Assembly: GCA_964386765.1 (NCBI GenBank)
Contig: CAYLUC010000004.1
Coordinates: forward strand, 1,799 to 65,798
Length of the DNA: 64,000 bases
DNA from: an uncultured Candidatus Poseidoniales archaeon
GTDB taxonomy: Archaea; Thermoplasmatota; Poseidoniia; Poseidoniales; Thalassarchaeaceae
Reading direction: 5' to 3'
Shown: positions 58,318 through 64,000 of the stretch, piece by piece
Layout of the letters: each line of letters begins with the position of its first letter
Numbering within the stretch: the stretch's first letter is position 1
Translations under genes and position numbers: made by a program
Notes under the pieces: model-generated
What the model saw: the letters and a program-made list of their open reading frames with translations, nothing else
Told to the model about the DNA's origin: nothing
Database searches by the model: none

Positions 58318-60426
58318 ATGGTGAATACTAGGACAGGCTTGCTGTTGGTCACCATCCTGGTGATGCCACTCATCGGGAGCCTCAATCCGCCTGCCGTTCC
58401 CGATGAAAACACCGGCCTTTCCGACAGTGTCCCGGAACAGTCCCTAGTGACATGGGCAAATCCGGGGCCATGGTGGTCATGGACCTCCCTTGATTCCGAC
58501 AGAAACGGAATTCACGACTCAATTCAGAGTGCCACCGGACCAGTCAATGTCGGCGTTTCCTTCAGTCGCCCTGTGACTGATGCCGACCGTTCAACATTGG
58601 AGATGTTGGGCCATAAAATCACAGTAGAAATTCCTTCAGTCAATGCAGTCCTAATCGGCCCCACGGATACCTCAGATGTGGAAGGGCTATCAAAACTAGA
58701 TGGAGTAGTCATGGTCGAGAGGTACGGATCTGTCGTATTTCACGGTGACATCCAGACTCCTGCAGTAAAAGCCAGAAACTCTTCTGACTATCCGAATGGG
58801 GCATGGGATCTCGGATTCAGTGGCCAAGGGGTCAACATAGCTCTAACAGATACGGGAGTGGATAATGAGCACCCCGGGCTTTCAGGCAAGTTCGTTGCAG
58901 GGTATGACGCAGTTTGCTTTGTCCATTCGGACCCGCAGTGTATACTCTCAGGAGGACGGGCCGAGGACGGTTCTTTCGACCCTGATGATGGAAATCAGCA
59001 CGGGACCGCGTGCATGGGGATGGCCAGCGCAACTGGCATAGAGTCAGACGGGAGCCAATCAGATTTCTACGGCTCTGCCCCAAATGCTTCCTTGGTAGAC
59101 GTTAGAATTGGTACTGATGTAGGCGCGGGCCCGTTTGAGAACTACGTTTTGGAACAAGAATTCTACGAGTCAGCAATGAACGGTCTACAATGGATTATCG
59201 ATCATAGGGACGATGCTTGGCCAGGTGTGGACGAGTCGAACCATGGAATCGATATCATATCCCTATCATGGGGGATAACGAGCCACGAAAATGGCGAATC
59301 AGACGGCTCCGATATGCATAGCCGGATACTAGATGAAGCCATGCAGGCAGGTGTCACAGTCTCAAACGCGGCAGGAAACTCAGGGCCAGATAACGACGGA
59401 CTTTCTGGTATGAGCGCTTCTTCATTGTCGATCACGGTGGCTGCAACGGATGACCAGAATACAGTCAACCGCGACGATGATACAATTGCTTCTTACTCAT
59501 CAAGGGGGCCAAGGAGGGACAATGGAGATGGAAACCCTGTGAATGAGTTGATTCCAGAAATTAGCGCCCCGGGGACCAACATTGTTCAGGCAGAGGGATG
59601 CGTCTCAAGCGGGGGCTGCAGTAACTTCCTTGGCGGCGACGCCTCTGGAAACACATACACGGGCAGGGGCAGTGGAACGTCCTATGCAACTCCCTCAGTT
59701 ACGGGCGTCATAGCTTTGGTGATGGAGGCCAACGAGAATCTCACACCCCTTCAGATTAAGGAAGTCCTGAAGCAAACTTCAGAGAGGAGGGGGGAGCCGA
59801 GCGCCCCCGAAGTAGATCCGTATTGGAACAGGGACTTTGGCTATGGAATGGTGGATGCATATGCCGCTGTTTCCTTTGCACTAGCCCTCAACAATGCGGA
59901 AAACCTCGCTGAAATAGATCCCTCGATACAGAATCATCTGCTCAACTTGGTGGACTCAAATGGTACTATCAATGCTACAGGTCATTCTTGGGGGCAGATG
60001 GGGAGTATTGACCGAGTCGAGTACAGGATAGACTCAGGAGAATGGACGGAAGCTGAATATTCTGTGACAACTTCGGAGATAGGCCCCCTCGTTCCATTTC
60101 TTTGGCACGTTATTCTCAATCCCAATAAACTCGAGCTAGGCCCCCATGCAATTGAAGTCAGGGCGGTTTCTGGAACGGGATACTCACTCCCAGTTATGGC
60201 AACTGTTCATGGTACAGGGGATGGAAGCGACTCGATGGCAATTGCACCAGCAGCAATCGCCCTGGTCGTCGGGGCCTTCGTAATATGGGTAGCAGCGTTG
60301 GCCTTCATTAGGCTGAGATCAGACGAGGAAATTGAGTCAATGATTTCCAAAATGAGAGGGGTTCCAACAACAATATCAGAGGACGATGTGATGGTTGCAG
60401 AAATAGTCGACGAAAGTCCTTCGTAG
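58318..60426 (+). CDS. Membrane-anchored subtilisin-like serine protease (S8)
   Basis: Catalytic triad motifs TDTGVD, HGT and GTSYATP; oxyanion AAGN; signal peptide and C-terminal TM. Confidence 0.93.
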   Translation: MVNTRTGLLLVTILVMPLIGSLNPPAVPDENTGLSDSVPEQSLVTWANPGPWWSWTSLDSDRNGIHDSIQSATGPVNVGVSFSRPVTDADRSTLEMLGHKITVEIPSVNAVLIGPTDTSDVEGLSKLDGVVMVERYGSVVFHGDIQTPAVKARNSSDYPNGAWDLGFSGQGVNIALTDTGVDNEHPGLSGKFVAGYDAVCFVHSDPQCILSGGRAEDGSFDPDDGNQHGTACMGMASATGIESDGSQSDFYGSAPNASLVDVRIGTDVGAGPFENYVLEQEFYESAMNGLQWIIDHRDDAWPGVDESNHGIDIISLSWGITSHENGESDGSDMHSRILDEAMQAGVTVSNAAGNSGPDNDGLSGMSASSLSITVAATDDQNTVNRDDDTIASYSSRGPRRDNGDGNPVNELIPEISAPGTNIVQAEGCVSSGGCSNFLGGDASGNTYTGRGSGTSYATPSVTGVIALVMEANENLTPLQIKEVLKQTSERRGEPSAPEVDPYWNRDFGYGMVDAYAAVSFALALNNAENLAEIDPSIQNHLLNLVDSNGTINATGHSWGQMGSIDRVEYRIDSGEWTEAEYSVTTSEIGPLVPFLWHVILNPNKLELGPHAIEVRAVSGTGYSLPVMATVHGTGDGSDSMAIAPAAIALVVGAFVIWVAALAFIRLRSDEEIESMISKMRGVPTTISEDDVMVAEIVDESPS

Positions 60427-60485
60427 AGCAGTATAGAGGTCTCCGAGCCCCCCTATTCAAATCCTAGGTCTTCCCTCCGCAGGCC

Positions 60486-61634
60486 ATGGTGCGATTCTCC
60501 GACCGAGCGAACAGCATCCGTCCTACGGGGGTGAGGCGCATGTTCGACATGGCTGGAGATGACGCCATCCAGTTCGGCCTCGGAGAGCCAGACTTCCAAC
60601 CGCCACCCCTGGCAATCGAGGCATTTGACCAAGCTATGAGGGATGGGAGGAACAAGTACACGACAACCGCAGGCCATCCGGATTTGCGAGCCAAGATCGC
60701 AACTCTTTGGCACCATTTGCTGCCCGATATTGACGAATCCAATGTCTGTATAACTATGAGTGGGACCAACGGCCTTCTGGATATTTTCTTGGCTCTAGTA
60801 AATCCTGGCGACAATGTCCTGATTCCCGAGCCATACTTCCCACTCTATCCCCCTGATGTGGAGATTTGCGGGGGCCAACCAAACCTCTACCCATGTAAAT
60901 TCGAGAATGGCTTCGTCCCCACCGTCGCAGATCTTGAGGAGAGGGTAGATGAAAACACAGTTGCGATTCTCTATAACTTCCCCAGCAACCCCACGGGGGG
61001 GAACGTCAACGAAGAGCAGAGGGACGAATTAATCGCATTCGCCAAAGACAATGACCTATGGGTAATTACGGATGAGGTGTATGACAGAATTGTCTATGAT
61101 TCCCCGCACGTTTCATTCGTGGGGGCCGGATATGACAAGGTGATAATGGTCCAGTCATTCTCTAAGACGTTCGCAATGACGGGATGGAGAATCGGTTACC
61201 TCCTATCCCCGGACGATGAGGCGATGGCACAATTGACAAAGATGCAGTATTACGTCACGGCATGCAGTAATGACGCGATGCAACACGCAGTACTGCAGGC
61301 ATTGGAACACGCTCCCGACTACCCAGAGTCAATGTGCGCTGAGTTCAAGACTCGGAGGGACTTGATTTGTGAACGACTCAATGCAATGCCTGGAGTGACC
61401 TGTCACGTTCCGACAGGGGCCTTCTACGTTTTCCCGAAAGTGGAAGTTCCTGGGATGACCAGTGAGGAAGTAGCCATGGCTTTGTTGGAGGGAGGAGTCC
61501 TCTGCTCCCCTGGGACTGCATTCGGAGCCGCTGGAGAGGGGCATCTTAGGTTCGCATATACAATTTCCAGAGATGACATTTCGCGCGGAATGGATCGTGT
61601 TGAAAGAGTACTCTCGGACTTACGCGGGGATTGA
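60486..61634 (+). CDS. Class I/II aminotransferase (aspartate aminotransferase-like)
   Basis: GEPDF, NFPSNPTG, DEVY, SFSKTFAMTGWRIG, GAFY.F and LRF motifs. Confidence 0.93.
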   Translation: MVRFSDRANSIRPTGVRRMFDMAGDDAIQFGLGEPDFQPPPLAIEAFDQAMRDGRNKYTTTAGHPDLRAKIATLWHHLLPDIDESNVCITMSGTNGLLDIFLALVNPGDNVLIPEPYFPLYPPDVEICGGQPNLYPCKFENGFVPTVADLEERVDENTVAILYNFPSNPTGGNVNEEQRDELIAFAKDNDLWVITDEVYDRIVYDSPHVSFVGAGYDKVIMVQSFSKTFAMTGWRIGYLLSPDDEAMAQLTKMQYYVTACSNDAMQHAVLQALEHAPDYPESMCAEFKTRRDLICERLNAMPGVTCHVPTGAFYVFPKVEVPGMTSEEVAMALLEGGVLCSPGTAFGAAGEGHLRFAYTISRDDISRGMDRVERVLSDLRGD

Positions 61635-61643
61635 GGTCTGCTG

Positions 61644-61883
61644 ATGCTATCCACTCTGGCTATTTTCGCCGCCTCTTTGGCTTTGTCTTGGTACCTATCT
61701 TCACTGCCGGAGAATTACGGGATTTCAGACGTAAAAATGGAAGTCGCCACCTCTCTTTCCATCATCTTTCTTTCTTCTGCTTTGTTATGGGGGTGGGGGC
61801 CAAGCCCCCTTGGTTTCGGGATGATTATCGGTTCAGGGTGGTACTTCTTGAACAGGACAGTCGACATGATGTTCCCAGTCTAG
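61644..61883 (+). CDS. Small hydrophobic membrane protein
   Basis: 79 aa with 3 hydrophobic segments and an SD-like GAGGT upstream. Confidence 0.6.
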   Translation: MLSTLAIFAASLALSWYLSSLPENYGISDVKMEVATSLSIIFLSSALLWGWGPSPLGFGMIIGSGWYFLNRTVDMMFPV

Positions 61884-62950
61884 TCCTCACCAAATAACTC
61901 GAAAGGAATGTCTATCATTACGCCATCTTCTTCTTGCTCATCCTTCTGGAGAATCTCCCCCACTCCAAGATCGTCCAGAGTTGGGACATCTTCATCTGGC
62001 GCCTCAAGAAGGTCCATCTGCAGATTCTCCATCCTATCTTCTGTAGATAGCATCCAGCTGGGGAGCCCATTAGACCCACCGAGCACTGAAATCGAGGTGA
62101 AAGTCGCGAGGGGCAATACCGAGATAGCTATCAGGAAGTCAATTATTGCCTTGGGGGGAACTTCGGCATCAGGTGCAATCTTGTCCAGTACGAGGGACTC
62201 GATATGGAGATCGTTCCACTTGGAAAAATCAACCTCCAACCATTCCAGCGACGCCTCTAGGAGAAATCTGGCCGTGAACCAAAATATCAGTATGGGAAGT
62301 ATCCAAGAGAACCTTGAGACCCTCCATATTACAGTCCTGAACATTGCCGCGAAAACTACCAGATGCTGGGAGATGAATGGTTGTAGTCTGACTGCTAGCC
62401 AGAGCGATACCAAATATCCGGCCATCCCCAATTCGAAAGCTCTCTCCGGCCTCATAACGGACTCTGGAACTCCTTCCATAATGGCCAAAGGAATTGCGAT
62501 TAGGATGACCTGTATTGGGACGGCGATTAGCTGCAAACCACCGTGAACAGAAATCAGATCAATCCCCTCCGATCTCACCTTTTTGTCAACCAACCGGGTC
62601 ATTCTTCCGTAAGGGCTGGAGTATAGTGCCATTCTGGAGAGGTCCACCAACTCCGGATCCCCCTTCCTCCGGCTAAGTCCAAGAACGGGAATCCACCCTC
62701 CTCTCTTTACGACTGAAAGGGGCTTGTAACCTCCAAGAAGCAGTGCCAGAGATAGTGAGAATACGCCATAAAGCAAGCCAGCGACAACTATCCACTCAAT
62801 CAACTCGGTCCTGACGGAGACTGAGAAAGCCCCCCTGTCAATTTTGAGAAGGTAGGTTGCTGAGAAACCAAAGATGGGAACAAGGGTGACCTGAAGAAAT
62901 ACGAGGAACGACAGAGCGACCCTATGGCGAAGGGATTCCGTATCGCTCAT
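61880..62950 (-). CDS. Hypothetical polytopic membrane protein with an acidic tail
   Basis: About 6 TMs; start at 62950 or 62968. Confidence 0.7.
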   Translation of the reverse strand: MSDTESLRHRVALSFLVFLQVTLVPIFGFSATYLLKIDRGAFSVSVRTELIEWIVVAGLLYGVFSLSLALLLGGYKPLSVVKRGGWIPVLGLSRRKGDPELVDLSRMALYSSPYGRMTRLVDKKVRSEGIDLISVHGGLQLIAVPIQVILIAIPLAIMEGVPESVMRPERAFELGMAGYLVSLWLAVRLQPFISQHLVVFAAMFRTVIWRVSRFSWILPILIFWFTARFLLEASLEWLEVDFSKWNDLHIESLVLDKIAPDAEVPPKAIIDFLIAISVLPLATFTSISVLGGSNGLPSWMLSTEDRMENLQMDLLEAPDEDVPTLDDLGVGEILQKDEQEEDGVMIDIPFELFGED

Positions 62951-63112
62951 GTTCACACGCAAACTCATGCAATCATAAGTCCTTCATTCGCCCATACTCG
63001 TTAACATGTAATTTATTGCCGAAATTAATGTGGGCGAAATTTCCACTCTCGCTTCGATGAACTTGGTGTCCCAACCTTCATACAGGTAGTTAAGACCCCA
63101 AAACTGTTCATC

Positions 63113-64000
63113 ATGCGTAGTCAATATCCGCTCTTCTTGTGCTTCCTGCTTATTGCCACTAGCATGTCGCCCGTCCTAATTGGCAAATCTCTGGATTTTG
63201 ACACGTTCGATAGGGGGGCCCAACCCCGAGCTTTGATCGACTTTGAGGTGACATCCATAGAGGTCGGGAACTCATCAAGAGATGCTATGGATTGGGAGCA
63301 ACCCAATGGAGAAATTGCAGAGTATATCATTCGTGATGAGACCGTACAAATCAACGTCACATTCACCCAAGCGGGAACGTCGAGCCAACCAGCAACAGCA
63401 GACGGCTGGCTGCAGATTTGGCATCCCGTTGGATTCATGATTACGCAATTCCAAGTCAACATGACCCTCTCGGGTCTGCAGTCGGTTAGGGAGGAATTCA
63501 TCTGGACCCCTTCCTCTGCTCACAGTGCGATTGATGAGAATGGTTACCTGTACGGGGGAATCACGCTCCTGGGTATTATCGATGGGGGGCTAGCTGATGA
63601 CAACGATCAGAATAACGAACTTTCTAGGGATATTCCTGTAGCAGTTTGGCACGATCCAATGGAGAATGGGTTCTGTGGAGATGTAGACGGAGATAATGTG
63701 AACGACTGCCCAAACATCCCCTATGCAAACACCCCTATTTGGGTCGGCGCCGGATATGAGGCAGACAACTCGCTCTCTTCGGACCCGGATACATACGGGC
63801 ATTGGAGGATGAGCAATTTATCTTCTAGCGAGGGTGAGAATCACTGGAGGGTTTCAAGGCCGGGAGCAGACTACGCGAGTAACCGGCATGACAGACTCTG
63901 GTGGGGATGGTTCACTCCTTTCGATAGCTGCGACGATCCTGGTCACGGACTCGGGTACGGGACGCTGGATTCCTCGGTTACGACCGCGTACGGCTCTAGG
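63113..64000 (+). CDS. Secreted or surface protein with a CARDB-like N-terminal domain; 3'-truncated by the window edge
   Basis: Read by hand: MRSQYPLFLCFLLIATS (signal peptide)...IDFEVTSI...VQINVTF...DDNDQNN...GDVDGDNVND; open to the window end. Confidence 0.75.
   Translation, partial: MRSQYPLFLCFLLIATSMSPVLIGKSLDFDTFDRGAQPRALIDFEVTSIEVGNSSRDAMDWEQPNGEIAEYIIRDETVQINVTFTQAGTSSQPATADGWLQIWHPVGFMITQFQVNMTLSGLQSVREEFIWTPSSAHSAIDENGYLYGGITLLGIIDGGLADDNDQNNELSRDIPVAVWHDPMENGFCGDVDGDNVNDCPNIPYANTPIWVGAGYEADNSLSSDPDTYGHWRMSNLSSSEGENHWRVSRPGADYASNRHDRLWWGWFTPFDSCDDPGHGLGYGTLDSSVTTAYGSR

Noticed and set aside
61908..62546. Long antisense ORFs (this one and 50590-51216)
   Set aside because: Ser/Ile/Ala-rich mirror frames of membrane-protein genes on the opposite strand.
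62987..63038. Imperfect inverted repeat TTCGCCCAT...GTGGGCGAA
   Set aside because: Short arms with a long loop in a divergent promoter region; no function can be supported from sequence alone.

Overview
Gene-dense archaeal chromosome segment, most consistent with Marine Group II (Ca. Poseidoniales, Thermoplasmatota). This assignment is inferred from archaeal markers (ArcTGT, CTP-dependent riboflavin kinase, ABCE1, DRG GTPase, archaeal TpiA, eL41/eS32, intron-containing tRNA-Trp), a PGF-CTERM surface protein, many acidic secreted or lipoprotein hydrolases and bacterial-type metabolic genes. It holds about 50 CDS, 3 tRNAs (Arg-TCT, Ala-GGC, Trp-CCA with a box C/D intron) and a candidate stand-alone box C/D sRNA. 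No integrase, transposase or CRISPR array was seen. The most notable observations are: (1) a peptide ABC importer in which four of five subunits carry extra modules, including Ca-binding-like DxDxDG repeats, a PPC-like domain in the permease and a hydrophobic insert in an ATPase, lying next to a type II glutamine synthetase and a D-amino-acid oxidase (candidate nitrogen-scavenging module); (2) an apparently circularly permuted GDPD with its HRG motif at the extreme C-terminus; (3) an ABCE1 whose Fe-S cysteine pattern is degenerate; (4) an aconitase X fused in catalytic-then-swivel order; (5) an RCC1 plus 15 x 34-aa Cys-repeat surface protein; (6) small elements absent from or easily overlooked in the ORF track (eL41, a C/D sRNA, a Zn-ribbon microprotein). 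All family calls come from motif recognition by eye; no searches were run.
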